Positions 49,464-59,152 of a stretch of DNA of 64,000 bases are shown here, piece after piece. The notes under the pieces were generated by a model, which did not search any database, was not told the DNA's origin, and saw only the letters and a program-made list of their open reading frames with translations. Source of the stretch: an uncultured Bacteroidales bacterium. Lineage in GTDB: Bacteria; Bacteroidota; Bacteroidia; Bacteroidales; FEN-979. Where the stretch lies: assembly GCA_903959905.1 (NCBI GenBank), contig CAJBYO010000015.1, positions 529 to 64,528 on the forward strand, in the 5' to 3' direction. A program made the translations under genes and the position numbers. Numbering within the stretch: the stretch's first letter is position 1; each line of letters opens with the position of its first letter.

Positions 49464-50216
49464 CTACGGCCTTGCCAGCTTTATAAAAACATCATTCATT
49501 GACTGTGCCCCAAACTGCCGCTTCAGGTTTTCAGGGGTATCGAGGGCGGCAATTTTTCCGTCAACCATGATGGAGACCCGGTCGCAGTACTCGGCTTCAT
49601 CCATGTAATGGGTGGTTACAAAGACCGTAATTCCGTTGTGGGCGGCTTCATAAATCATATCCCAGAATTGCCTGCGCGTTATCGGGTCAACACCCCCGGT
49701 TGGTTCATCCAGGAACACAATCTTCGGGTTATGCAGGATGGCCACGGAAAAGGCAAGTTTTTGTTTCCAGCCCAGCGGGATATCCCTGATCAGTTTATCC
49801 CTTGCTGCTTCAAATCCAAGGCGTTGCATCAGGTCATTGGTGCGCGAGTTGATCTCTTTTTTGCCAAGGCCGTAGATGCCCCCGTAAAACCTGATGTTTT
49901 CAAATACTGTAAGGTCGTCGTACAGGGAAAAGCGCTGGCTCATGTACCCGATGTTCCTTTTCACCTTTTCCCGCTGGGTGTAGATATCAAATCCCGCTAC
50001 CGATAATTCTCCGGAGGTGGGATAGGATAATCCGCACAGGATCTTGATGGCAGTGGTTTTCCCTGCGCCGTTTGCACCAAGGAATCCGAATATCTCACCC
50101 TTCTTCACCTCAAAGGTCAGGTGGTCATTGGCTGTAAATGAGCCAAATTTTTTGACGAGGTTTTTTACGGTGATGATATTTTCGGTTGTTGACGACACAT
50201 TATTTTTTTTTACCAC
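49464..50216 (-). CDS. ABC transporter ATP-binding protein
   Basis: GANGAGKT, PLGWKQKL, FLDEPT, THYMDEAE; start uncertain because the GTG lies inside a repeat arm. Confidence 0.9.
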   Translation of the reverse strand: MVKKNNVSSTTENIITVKNLVKKFGSFTANDHLTFEVKKGEIFGFLGANGAGKTTAIKILCGLSYPTSGELSVAGFDIYTQREKVKRNIGYMSQRFSLYDDLTVFENIRFYGGIYGLGKKEINSRTNDLMQRLGFEAARDKLIRDIPLGWKQKLAFSVAILHNPKIVFLDEPTGGVDPITRRQFWDMIYEAAHNGITVFVTTHYMDEAEYCDRVSIMVDGKIAALDTPENLKRQFGAQSMNDVFIKLARP

Positions 50217-50303
50217 ATAGACACATAGGACACATCAGCATATTAGCACATCAGCACATTAACACATCAGAACATCAGTATGTGTCCTATGTGCCTATGT
50301 GGT
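50212..50303. repeat. Inverted-repeat element (CACATAG units) with a nested CAGCACAT tandem
   Basis: Left accacatagacacataggacacat, internal ~5 x (c/t)agcacat-like octamers, right atgtgtcctatgtgcctatgtggt. Confidence 0.88.
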
Positions 50304-50345
50304 GAAATACGCCTCCTATAAACTCATCCCACTTTATTATTACTA

Positions 50346-51281
50346 CTAATTCGTTTGCTTTTCAACGGGGTTATTCATCAGTTCCATGAAACAATCTTCA
50401 ATTGACGGTTCAATCACCGAGATTTCCACTGAAGCATGATTGTTGCTTTTCAAAAAATCAAACATCTGCTGACGTTCAATTTGTTGTCCGGAAAAAGAGA
50501 CGTGGGCCGTTTGCCCGAAGGCGTAAACACTGTGAACCCCCGGATATGCCCTGAGTTCGCCCAGCAGCCGGTAAATGTCGCCTGCTTTTACCGACAGCAA
50601 CGAAAGCGGGTAGCTGCTGATAACCTCCCCGGGAGTGCTGATGGTCATAATACGTCCGTTTTGCATCAGTGCAACCCGGTCGCACAAGCCGGCTTCATCC
50701 ATGTAAGGAGTAGATACGAGAATTGTAATTCCTGAGTTTTTCAGCCTTTTAAGCATATCCCAGAATTCAACCCTGGAAACGGCATCCACCCCTGTTGTAG
50801 GTTCATCAAGGAAAAGCACATCCGGTTTGTGAATCATGGCGCATGACAACGCGAGTTTTTGTTTCATACCCCCCGACAACTGTCCTGCCTTCCTGTTCCT
50901 GAAAGGTTCAATCTGCTGGTAGATGTCTTTAACGAGGTGATAGTTTTCATCAATGGTCGTGCCGAAAATTGTGGCAAAAAACCGCAGGTTCTCCTCAACT
51001 GTCAGGTCCTGGTACAATGAGAACCTGCCGGGCATATACCCGCAGATGTTCCTGATCGCTTTGTAATCCTTCACCACATCATATCCGGCCACCGTGCATG
51101 TGCCGGAATCGGCCAGCAGCAGCGTGGTGAGGATTCGAAACAAGGTGGTTTTGCCCGCGCCGTCAGGTCCGATAAAGCCAAACAGTTCACCGTTGCCCGT
51201 GTCAAATGAGATGTTGTCAAGTGCAGGGGTTCCGTTAAACTGTTTGGTTACCTGGTGAACATGAACAGAGGCAATGGCCAT
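50346..51281 (-). CDS. ABC transporter ATP-binding protein
   Basis: GPDGAGKT, LSGGMKQKL, FLDEPT, STPYMDEA. Confidence 0.92.
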   Translation of the reverse strand: MAIASVHVHQVTKQFNGTPALDNISFDTGNGELFGFIGPDGAGKTTLFRILTTLLLADSGTCTVAGYDVVKDYKAIRNICGYMPGRFSLYQDLTVEENLRFFATIFGTTIDENYHLVKDIYQQIEPFRNRKAGQLSGGMKQKLALSCAMIHKPDVLFLDEPTTGVDAVSRVEFWDMLKRLKNSGITILVSTPYMDEAGLCDRVALMQNGRIMTISTPGEVISSYPLSLLSVKAGDIYRLLGELRAYPGVHSVYAFGQTAHVSFSGQQIERQQMFDFLKSNNHASVEISVIEPSIEDCFMELMNNPVEKQTN

Positions 51282-51284
51282 ATT

Positions 51285-51755
51285 TTAGTTTTGCGGTGGA
51301 GTGGTTTTCGTCCAGTAGGTATTCCTTCCGAGAAGTGAAACGCCCATGTATCCCCTTATTTTCAGTTTGTTGGCACTTTCAAACTGGATGTAGCATTTAT
51401 ACGTTTTGCCGTTTTTAGGATCATAAATGTTGCCACCCGACCACTCTTCCTTGCCGTTAAAGGTGAAGTCCTTCATGTTTACCATGCCGATGAGCGGTGT
51501 GTTTTTCAGCTTGGCATCGGGATTTTCCTTGTCGGTGCGTGGCAGGCCGGTTACCTTATCATTGGGTTCGCGCAACCAGACAAGCTTTCCGAAGTACTTG
51601 CCGTTTTCCTTATACAGCGTGATCTTTCCTGTAGCTTCCTGGTTCAGCCAGGTGCCAAGAATATCATCGGCTTTGTGGGTTTGTGCTGAGACTGTAATCC
51701 CCGACCAGGCGGTCATGAAGAGGATCAATAGAATGGCTGTTGTGTTTTTTTTCAT
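51285..51755 (-). CDS. DUF2147-domain secreted protein
   Basis: ILGTW, GKLVW, IYDPKNGKTY, LKIRGYMG, LGRNTYW. Confidence 0.85.
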   Translation of the reverse strand: MKKNTTAILLILFMTAWSGITVSAQTHKADDILGTWLNQEATGKITLYKENGKYFGKLVWLREPNDKVTGLPRTDKENPDAKLKNTPLIGMVNMKDFTFNGKEEWSGGNIYDPKNGKTYKCYIQFESANKLKIRGYMGVSLLGRNTYWTKTTPPQN

Positions 51756-51770
51756 GGTTTTTGATTTTGG

Positions 51771-52664
51771 TTAATTGGTGATCAGTTTTATTTCGCCAGG
51801 CATTCCGATCTTCAGGCTGCCGTCGTTCGTTACCCTTACCTTTACAGCATAAACAAGGTTTACACGCTCTTCCTTGGTCTGGATGGTTTTCGGCGTAAAC
51901 TCAGCAGTCTGGGATATCCAGCTGATGACGCCTTCCATCTTTGAATTTGTTTTTTCATCCTTGTCATACCTCACTTCAACCTTGTCGCCGATTTTTATAT
52001 GAGGCAGCTGCGCTCCACTCACATAAATCCGCAGCAGCATTTGGCGCAAATCGGCGATTTTGTACAATGGCTTGCCAAAGGTAGTCACTTCATTGTTTTC
52101 TGCGAACTTTGTCAGAACTGTACCCCTCACCGGGTTGACTATTTGTGCGTTTTTTATTGATTCACGAACCTGGGCAATTTGCTGTTCCGTGGACCCGATC
52201 TGGTCGTCAATGCCGTTGAACTGGCTTTTAATTGCAGCTATCTGCCTGTCAATCATGCTTAAGCTGGAATTGATGTCGTCAAGTTGTTTTTGTGTGGCTG
52301 CTCCATCTTTGAGTAATTTTATTACCCGGTTTTTTTCAACGAGGATGTTTTCACGGTTCTGTTCCTGAACAGCGATCTGCGATAAAAGGTCTTCCTTTCT
52401 TGATCCGGTGGCATTTTTTTGTTCCATGCCCTGCAGTTTTTTCAAATGGAGGTCCGTTGTGTCTACATAGCCCACCAGCTGGTTTGAATCAAGCAACTGT
52501 CCTTCTTCAAGGTTAAAGAGCATGATCTTTCCGTTGGCCAGTGATGAAACCGTGATCTCCGTGGCTTCAAAGGAACCGTAAGCATCGGGTCTGTCCTTGT
52601 TGTTGCTGCATGAAGAACCAAGGATGGCCAGGGAAATAAACGCAGCTGCAATTTGATTTTTCAT
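51771..52664 (-). CDS. HlyD-family membrane fusion protein
   Basis: Lipobox GSSC, DAYGSFEATE, coiled coil, AEFTPKTIQT, LKIGMPGE. Confidence 0.92.
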   Translation of the reverse strand: MKNQIAAAFISLAILGSSCSNNKDRPDAYGSFEATEITVSSLANGKIMLFNLEEGQLLDSNQLVGYVDTTDLHLKKLQGMEQKNATGSRKEDLLSQIAVQEQNRENILVEKNRVIKLLKDGAATQKQLDDINSSLSMIDRQIAAIKSQFNGIDDQIGSTEQQIAQVRESIKNAQIVNPVRGTVLTKFAENNEVTTFGKPLYKIADLRQMLLRIYVSGAQLPHIKIGDKVEVRYDKDEKTNSKMEGVISWISQTAEFTPKTIQTKEERVNLVYAVKVRVTNDGSLKIGMPGEIKLITN

Positions 52665-52690
52665 AATAACGGGTTATAGTGTTGAATCAA

Positions 52691-53998
52691 TTATAATTTC
52701 CCCAGGGTGTATAAGTATGATAATTTTGCCTTGATCAGCTGAACTTTATGCATTTCAAAATTCATTCGCGCCTGTGTCTCTTCATTCAGTCTTGCAAGGT
52801 AATCACTCGACGTGATAACGCCGTTGTCAAGTTGCGAGGAGGCTGTCTTTGTTATTTTTTCACGCAAAGCGATGGCCTGGTTGTCTTTGGAGATAAGTTC
52901 AGTAAATTTCAGTACCTCCCCAAGATCCTTTTCTGAGCTGATCTTCAGGTTTTTGTCAAACGTTTCCTGCTGTGTGCGCAACAAGTCGTTCTGAATGGTA
53001 AGGATCTGTTTTTCATTTTTATTCTGGTTCCAGTTCCATGGATTCCATGTCAGTTTAGCACCAAAGAGCCACCAGGGCATAAAGGTATCATCAAGCATGT
53101 TGAGGCTCGGCCGTCCGTAACCGGCCTGCCCGTATGCGAAGATCTTCGGGTTCCACTTTGTTGTGATCATGTTCCGCATCAGGTCAACCCGCGACCGCTG
53201 GATGGAGAACAGCTCATTTTCAAGCCGTTTGTCTTCAAACACGGTTCCCGGCAGGGTGACAACCGGGATGGAAAGCCTGCTTGTTTCATTTACAGGGGTT
53301 GAAATAAGTTCTGCAAGCATCCTGTATGATGTGCTGCGGTCCATCCTGGTTTCTGTAAACTGCTGGTCAAGTCTTACCAGTTCAGCCTGCAGCAGGTCGG
53401 CATTCATCTCAAGCATTGCTCCGTTGCGGATTCCCGACCGTACTTCGAGCAGTTTTGCCTCAATCCGTTGTTTGTTGCTTTGTAACAGGGTTTCGTTCTG
53501 GTCAAACAGGAGGATACTGAAATAAATCTGGTTTATCCTTTCCTTAAGCTTATACAGTTCGATCTCTACTGCTTTCTGATCGGCCCGGAGATTGTAAACC
53601 TCGACCTGCTTTTGATAATGCGTTACATTGCCGTCGTAGATCACCTGGTTGACATCGAGTGTCAGTTTGTACCAGTCCTTGCTGAGCTCAGGCATGATCG
53701 GCACCGATGCTCCCTGGGGGAAATCAATCGATACCTCGGTAACGTCCGACTGGAGGGAAACACTCCCGTTGATGTTGAACTGCGGGAGGTAGGCCTTGTT
53801 AAGGTTCCGGACTTTCAGGGTGTTGGAATTCCCGAGCATGTCGAGTTGCCTGCGCAACGGAAAATTCTTCTCTGCCTGGCTGTAGCAGTATTCAAGCGTA
53901 ATTGAATCCTGGGCAAGAATCGCGGCTGGAAAAAGCAACGCAAGCAGGGTTGCAAGGATGCCCCAGCGGCTGATATTATTCTGACGGGGTGGTTTCAT
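52691..53998 (-). CDS. TolC-family outer-membrane efflux protein
   Basis: Signal peptide, YLPQF, GYGRP, duplicated OEP pattern; first gene of the HlyD/ABC operon. Confidence 0.85.
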   Translation of the reverse strand: MKPPRQNNISRWGILATLLALLFPAAILAQDSITLEYCYSQAEKNFPLRRQLDMLGNSNTLKVRNLNKAYLPQFNINGSVSLQSDVTEVSIDFPQGASVPIMPELSKDWYKLTLDVNQVIYDGNVTHYQKQVEVYNLRADQKAVEIELYKLKERINQIYFSILLFDQNETLLQSNKQRIEAKLLEVRSGIRNGAMLEMNADLLQAELVRLDQQFTETRMDRSTSYRMLAELISTPVNETSRLSIPVVTLPGTVFEDKRLENELFSIQRSRVDLMRNMITTKWNPKIFAYGQAGYGRPSLNMLDDTFMPWWLFGAKLTWNPWNWNQNKNEKQILTIQNDLLRTQQETFDKNLKISSEKDLGEVLKFTELISKDNQAIALREKITKTASSQLDNGVITSSDYLARLNEETQARMNFEMHKVQLIKAKLSYLYTLGKL

Positions 53999-54267
53999 AA
54001 CCTTTTAATGCGTTTAAAACAAATTCGGGGACAACCGTTTTTCTTTCCTCGCAAAACCGTTAGAGTTGCTCCCCGGAACAACCGAAAATATTCTGAATAA
54101 GCGGTTTTGCTATGACGGGGAAAATACTGAACAACAAAATAAAACAATTTTTTAATGCTGCAAAGTAATTTCTGGATGAAAGAAGAATTAGTATGCAATC
54201 CCTCATTCTTCCAATCGTAAATTGATTAGGTTGACAGTAAACAGACCCTCGCTGGTATGGAAGCAGG

Positions 54268-56070
54268 TTACTTGGGAATTTTAATCTTCTGTCCCGGACT
54301 GATCCTGGAGTTGTTTTTGAATTTGTTAATGGCTTTGAGTTGCGCAACAGTAACATCAAATTTGTCTGCAATTTCCCAGAGGTTATCTCCCGTTTGAATA
54401 GTATAGTAAGAAAATTTGGAGGAACCTGACGGGCTCGTTTTTGGTTTGGAGGAGGACTCTGTTTTAGCTTTGGCCGACGCAGTGGTGCCGGTTGAAACTA
54501 CCTTTATTTTCTGGCCGATCAGGATTTTCTGATCCGTAAGGTCGTTCCATTTCATCAGGTCGGCCGATGAACAGTTATACTTTGCGGCAATCATACTGAG
54601 GTTTTCCCCGCTTTTAACAACATGCACCGATTTCACGCTTGGTTCAGGTTTCGAAGCAGTGTTGTCGGTTGTCGGGTCAGGAATTTCAGCCGGCGGACTT
54701 GAACCAGCCGTTTTTGCCGAGGTGTCTTTTGGCATTGGCTGCGGAACATAGGTGGATGTGACGCCTCCGTCATAAGGTTTTCCTTTGGATGTATTCGTAT
54801 AGACGAGAATTTTCTTCCCGGGTTTGACTGAACTTTTCTTTAATCCGTTGAGCGATTTTAATTCGGCCGGAGTCATATGGAATTTTTTCGCAATGGAAGA
54901 AACGGTTTCCCCTCCTTTCACTGTATAAAGCTCCGACTCCCGGTAGGTGCTGTAAATCATCTGTGCCATGGTTTCACTGGCAAGTCCCTCTTTGGTTTTG
55001 TAGGCATAGAGGGCACTTTCATTGTTGATGAAATTGCCCACATATTTTTTTCGCAGGCGTAACTTATATGGATTGTCAGCCGTGGCCGGGATAACCTTGT
55101 GCTTAAATGAAGGGTTGAGAAACACAATTTCATCCATCGGAACGTTGAGCATTTCCGAGATCTGGTCAAACGACAGTGGGTTGTGCACAGTTACGGTGTC
55201 CACTTCATAGTACAATATCCCGGGGTCAACCGGACTGATCTTGTGTTCCTTTGCATAGGTCAGAACGTAGCTTGCGGCGATGAAGGCGGGAACGTAGGAG
55301 GCTGTTTCCCTGGGAAGATATTTTTTAATGGCCCAGAAATTCTTGATGCCGCCCGACCTCCTGATGGCCTTGTTCACATTTCCTGCACCGGAGTTATAGG
55401 CTGCAAGGGCCAGGGACCAGCTGCCGTAAATGTCGTAAAGGTCGGTGAGATGTTCGCAGGCTGCTATCGTTGATTTGTATGGGTCAAAACGGTCGTCAAC
55501 ATAGGTGCTGACCTTTAATCCGTAAACTTTGCCGGTACCGTACATGAATTGCCACAATCCTTTGGCGCCTGCCGGTGAATTGGCAACCGGGTTGAGTGCT
55601 GACTCAATAACAGCCAGGTATTTGAGTTCAAGCGGCATGTTGAACCTGTCGAGCTGCTCTTCAAACAACGGGAAATATATTTGTGTCAGGCCAAGGATGC
55701 GGGCAGTCAGCTTGCGTTTTCTGACGCCATAAAGCTCAATGAATTTTTTCACTTCACCGTTATAAACATATTCAAACGGTGACTGGTCATTCATCAGGGC
55801 GATACGCTCGCTGAATACAGAATCGGGAAATGTTGGAATGTCGTTATCGGAATAGTTGTTCCAGTTCTGGTACTGGTTCGCATTAGGGAACTGGGCATCT
55901 TCAAAAATTTTAAGGTTGGCAAGGCTGTCAAGCATGACTACAACCTGGTCATCCTCAATAAAATGCTTGTTCCTGATGGTCGAATCCGGGCGAATGGGTT
56001 GCTGGGCTGTGAGAAACAACGGAAAAAGCAGAAAAGCAAAGAGGGTAGCCTGGTTTTTTTTCAATACCAT
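54268..56070 (-). CDS. mltD: MltD-like lytic transglycosylase with LysM domains
   Basis: [25 protein letters not shown]; three C-terminal LysM repeats; TATTTTTG box at 56109-56116. Confidence 0.88.
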   Translation of the reverse strand: MVLKKNQATLFAFLLFPLFLTAQQPIRPDSTIRNKHFIEDDQVVVMLDSLANLKIFEDAQFPNANQYQNWNNYSDNDIPTFPDSVFSERIALMNDQSPFEYVYNGEVKKFIELYGVRKRKLTARILGLTQIYFPLFEEQLDRFNMPLELKYLAVIESALNPVANSPAGAKGLWQFMYGTGKVYGLKVSTYVDDRFDPYKSTIAACEHLTDLYDIYGSWSLALAAYNSGAGNVNKAIRRSGGIKNFWAIKKYLPRETASYVPAFIAASYVLTYAKEHKISPVDPGILYYEVDTVTVHNPLSFDQISEMLNVPMDEIVFLNPSFKHKVIPATADNPYKLRLRKKYVGNFINNESALYAYKTKEGLASETMAQMIYSTYRESELYTVKGGETVSSIAKKFHMTPAELKSLNGLKKSSVKPGKKILVYTNTSKGKPYDGGVTSTYVPQPMPKDTSAKTAGSSPPAEIPDPTTDNTASKPEPSVKSVHVVKSGENLSMIAAKYNCSSADLMKWNDLTDQKILIGQKIKVVSTGTTASAKAKTESSSKPKTSPSGSSKFSYYTIQTGDNLWEIADKFDVTVAQLKAINKFKNNSRISPGQKIKIPK

Positions 56071-56126
56071 GATAACAATTTAATCAATAAGTGTTTATAG
56101 AATAACTGCAAAAATAGGGTTTTATT

Positions 56127-56981
56127 TTAGAAATTTTCCACATGGATCGTAACCTCCGTGTTCTCAAATGCTTTTTTTATGTCCTCTTCTATCAGATCAC
56201 ATATCTCATGGGCTTCCCTGACAGTTTTTTCAGGATCCAGGTTCAGGTGAAAATCGATGTATTTATAGTTGCCGGCCTTTCTTGTTCTGAGGTCATGGAA
56301 ACTCATTTGTCCGACACAGCGTTTCTGTATCATGGCAGAAATATCGGCCACCTCGGCGGGTGGCAGGGCAAGGTCGAGCAGCGGGGCATAGGCCTTGGAA
56401 AAAAGTTCAAACGATTCCTTGAGGATCAAAAGTGCCACCAGGATCGCTGCGATAGGGTCAACAAGGTGAAAGCCGGTGAGCCACATCAGCAACAGGCCGC
56501 TTGCCACACCAACAGAGGTGTAAACATCGGTTTTAAGGTGCAGGGCGTCTGCTTCAAGGGCTACAGAATCCGTTTCTTTGGCGACCCGGTAAATTTTTCG
56601 GGAAACAAAGAAGTTTACAACAGCTGAAATCAGCATCACGGCAAACCCTAATCCAATCTTTTCAACATCCTCCGGGTGGCTGATTTTTTTAATAGCCTCG
56701 TAGATGATCCAGAAAGCGGCGACGAAAATCAGCAGGGCTTCAATGACGCCGGATATGTTTTCAAATTTTCCATGGCCGTAGGGGTGACGTTCATCGGCAG
56801 GGGTGTCGGATATCCGCACGGAGAAAAAGGCCACAAAGGAGGCCAGCAGGTCCATGAAAGAATGAATGGCTTCTGAAATGATACTGACGGAACCCGAGAT
56901 CAGTCCAACCGATAACTTAAGAATGATGAGGATGCTGTTGGAGAATATGGAGAGGCGGGCGACACTGACTTTTTTGTTCAT
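56127..56981 (-). CDS. Cation diffusion facilitator (FieF-like) transporter
   Basis: EAIHSFMD, HPYGHGKFE, ADALHLKTD, C-terminal dimerisation domain. Confidence 0.92.
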   Translation of the reverse strand: MNKKVSVARLSIFSNSILIILKLSVGLISGSVSIISEAIHSFMDLLASFVAFFSVRISDTPADERHPYGHGKFENISGVIEALLIFVAAFWIIYEAIKKISHPEDVEKIGLGFAVMLISAVVNFFVSRKIYRVAKETDSVALEADALHLKTDVYTSVGVASGLLLMWLTGFHLVDPIAAILVALLILKESFELFSKAYAPLLDLALPPAEVADISAMIQKRCVGQMSFHDLRTRKAGNYKYIDFHLNLDPEKTVREAHEICDLIEEDIKKAFENTEVTIHVENF

Positions 56982-57038
56982 CCGGGCAATATTCAATTTT
57001 CAGCAAATTTAATGATTTTAAAAGAACATCTAAAGTGT

Positions 57039-57046
57039 TACTTTTG
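57039..57046 (+). promoter_or_regulatory. Bacteroidota -7 box (TACTTTTG)
   Basis: TAnnTTTG match 19 nt upstream of ATG 57066. Confidence 0.6.
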
Positions 57047-57065
57047 TAAGCAGATACCTCCTGCC

Positions 57066-59111
57066 ATGAAACAGATCTTCACTTTTATCCTTTTAGTTGT
57101 ACTTGCAAATACTTCGGTTTTCGCCCAGGACAATCCACAAGTCAATCGTCCGCCCCTGCAGCACGAAATGACTCCTGATGAGTTGTTACGCAAAAGTGAA
57201 ATCGGAAAGAGTTTTATCCCTACAGCCCCTCCCGCGCCACCGGTAAGGAACGTGGCCGAGTTTGACCGCATGCAGGGCGCGCTCGTACGCTATCCGTTTG
57301 GCATTCCCATCACCCTGATCAGGGAGATGGCAACCGATGTGACAGTTACAACCATTGTTGCCTCCATTGCACAGAAAAACACAGTGATCAGCCAGTATGT
57401 AGCCAACGGAGTGGATACAAGTCATTGCAATTTTCTGATAGCCCCGTCCGACAGTTACTGGACAAGGGACTATGGCCCCTGGTTTGAATCAGACAGTGCC
57501 CGACAGATCGGCATTGTTGATTTTCCCTACAACCGCCCGCGGCCGAATGATGATGAAATCCCCAAGAAAATGGCGGAAATGCTTGGCATACCCTGGTTTG
57601 GCATGGACGTGATTTCAACCGGGGGCGACTACATGACCGACGGGTACGGAATTTCTGCTTCCACCGACCTGGTGTGGGTTGAAAATCCGACACAAACACA
57701 TGAGCAGATAGCCCAGAAAATGAGTGATTACCTTGGCATCACCAATTTCCAGGTTGTTCCTGATCCCAACCTGCAGTCGACCATTGACCATATCGACTGC
57801 TGGGGTAAATTCCTGGCCCCTGATAAAATTCTGATAAGAAAGACGTTAACATCCGACCCGGAATATGCAGCCCTTGAATCTGCTGCTACTTATTGGGGAT
57901 CACAGATTTGTGCATTCGGATACAATTACAAGGTTTACCGGGTAAAGACCCCTCAGGATCAGCCATACAGCAACTCGGTGATCCTCAACAACAAAGTCCT
58001 TGTGCCATTCATGAATACCACATGGGACGACAGCGCCAAAGCGGTTTATGAAGAGGCCATGCCTGGATATGAGGTAATTGGCTTTATCGGGAACCCATCC
58101 ACACCCTGGATGTCAACCGATGCCCTGCATTGCCGGGTCATGGGAATTTCCGATATCGGTCTTCTTCACATCAAGCATATCCCGCTTTCCGGCAACCAGC
58201 CGTGTGAATATGACCATCAGCTGTATGCGGAGATCATTGCCAGCAGTCACCAGCCAGTGATTGGGGATTCAGTACTGGTGCACTTCAAAGTAAATGGCGG
58301 ACCTTACCATACTGCGGTTATGGTTAACACGACCGACAATCTTTATTCAGGTACCATCCCGAAGCAACCGGCGGGCAGTATAATCAAATATTACCTGACC
58401 GCCGCCGACCAGTCGGGCCGGCATGCCAATGCCCCGTTCATCGGGGAGCCTGATCCTTATACCTTCCAGACAATATATACCAACCTGGCGCCTGTGCCGG
58501 ATACACTCTGGTTTATCACAGCTGAAGATTGTTTGAAGGGTAAAATCACCCAATTGCACAATTACCTTAGCCAGCCGGTCAACATCAGCCTGGTTCAGCA
58601 ATTCGGAACATCTTTACCCTGGTATGTTGATTCAATGACGGTCATGACCCTGCCGCATATGGTTAACCCATCCGACAGTTTTGGCATCCGTGTAAAAATG
58701 CCGCTGGTCACCCTGATGAACCCGGCTGTTCAGTATGAGGTTGACAGTATGCGGGTTACTACAACTGCAGGTGTTTTCCATGTAATCATCATGGTAAATC
58801 ACGACCTGCTTTCAGGGCTCCGTGAAGTTGCATCGATCGCTTTGATCGGGAAAATATACCCCAATCCGTTTAGTGATGAAACAAATATTGCTGTTAGCAT
58901 TCCAGATCGGGAGAAGGTTATTGTTGACATCCTGGATGTCCGTGGAACCAAAGTAAACACCCTGGTTTCGCAAATCCTTGAACCAGGTATCACAACCATT
59001 CACTGGAACGGAACTGATGCGGAGGGAGTGAGACTCCCAGATGGAATCTACATGTGCCGAATGATATCCGGAAACAACACAACGGTAAAACGAATTGTCC
59101 TCTTTCATTAA
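57066..59111 (+). CDS. PPAD-type peptidylarginine/agmatine deiminase with T9SS CTD
   Basis: Signal peptide VFA-Q; YWTRD, YNRPRPNDD, GGDYMTDG, HIDCWGK, TDALHCR; Ig-like region; CTD IYPNPF...GIYMCR. Confidence 0.88.
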   Translation: MKQIFTFILLVVLANTSVFAQDNPQVNRPPLQHEMTPDELLRKSEIGKSFIPTAPPAPPVRNVAEFDRMQGALVRYPFGIPITLIREMATDVTVTTIVASIAQKNTVISQYVANGVDTSHCNFLIAPSDSYWTRDYGPWFESDSARQIGIVDFPYNRPRPNDDEIPKKMAEMLGIPWFGMDVISTGGDYMTDGYGISASTDLVWVENPTQTHEQIAQKMSDYLGITNFQVVPDPNLQSTIDHIDCWGKFLAPDKILIRKTLTSDPEYAALESAATYWGSQICAFGYNYKVYRVKTPQDQPYSNSVILNNKVLVPFMNTTWDDSAKAVYEEAMPGYEVIGFIGNPSTPWMSTDALHCRVMGISDIGLLHIKHIPLSGNQPCEYDHQLYAEIIASSHQPVIGDSVLVHFKVNGGPYHTAVMVNTTDNLYSGTIPKQPAGSIIKYYLTAADQSGRHANAPFIGEPDPYTFQTIYTNLAPVPDTLWFITAEDCLKGKITQLHNYLSQPVNISLVQQFGTSLPWYVDSMTVMTLPHMVNPSDSFGIRVKMPLVTLMNPAVQYEVDSMRVTTTAGVFHVIIMVNHDLLSGLREVASIALIGKIYPNPFSDETNIAVSIPDREKVIVDILDVRGTKVNTLVSQILEPGITTIHWNGTDAEGVRLPDGIYMCRMISGNNTTVKRIVLFH

Positions 59112-59120
59112 CACTAATCC

Positions 59121-59152
59121 GCCACTTCGCTACTTCGCCACTTCCTCACTTG
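59121..59152. repeat. Octamer tandem (gccacttc-like, 4 units) overlapping the lysS stop
   Basis: gccacttc gctacttc gccacttc ctcacttg. Confidence 0.6.
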
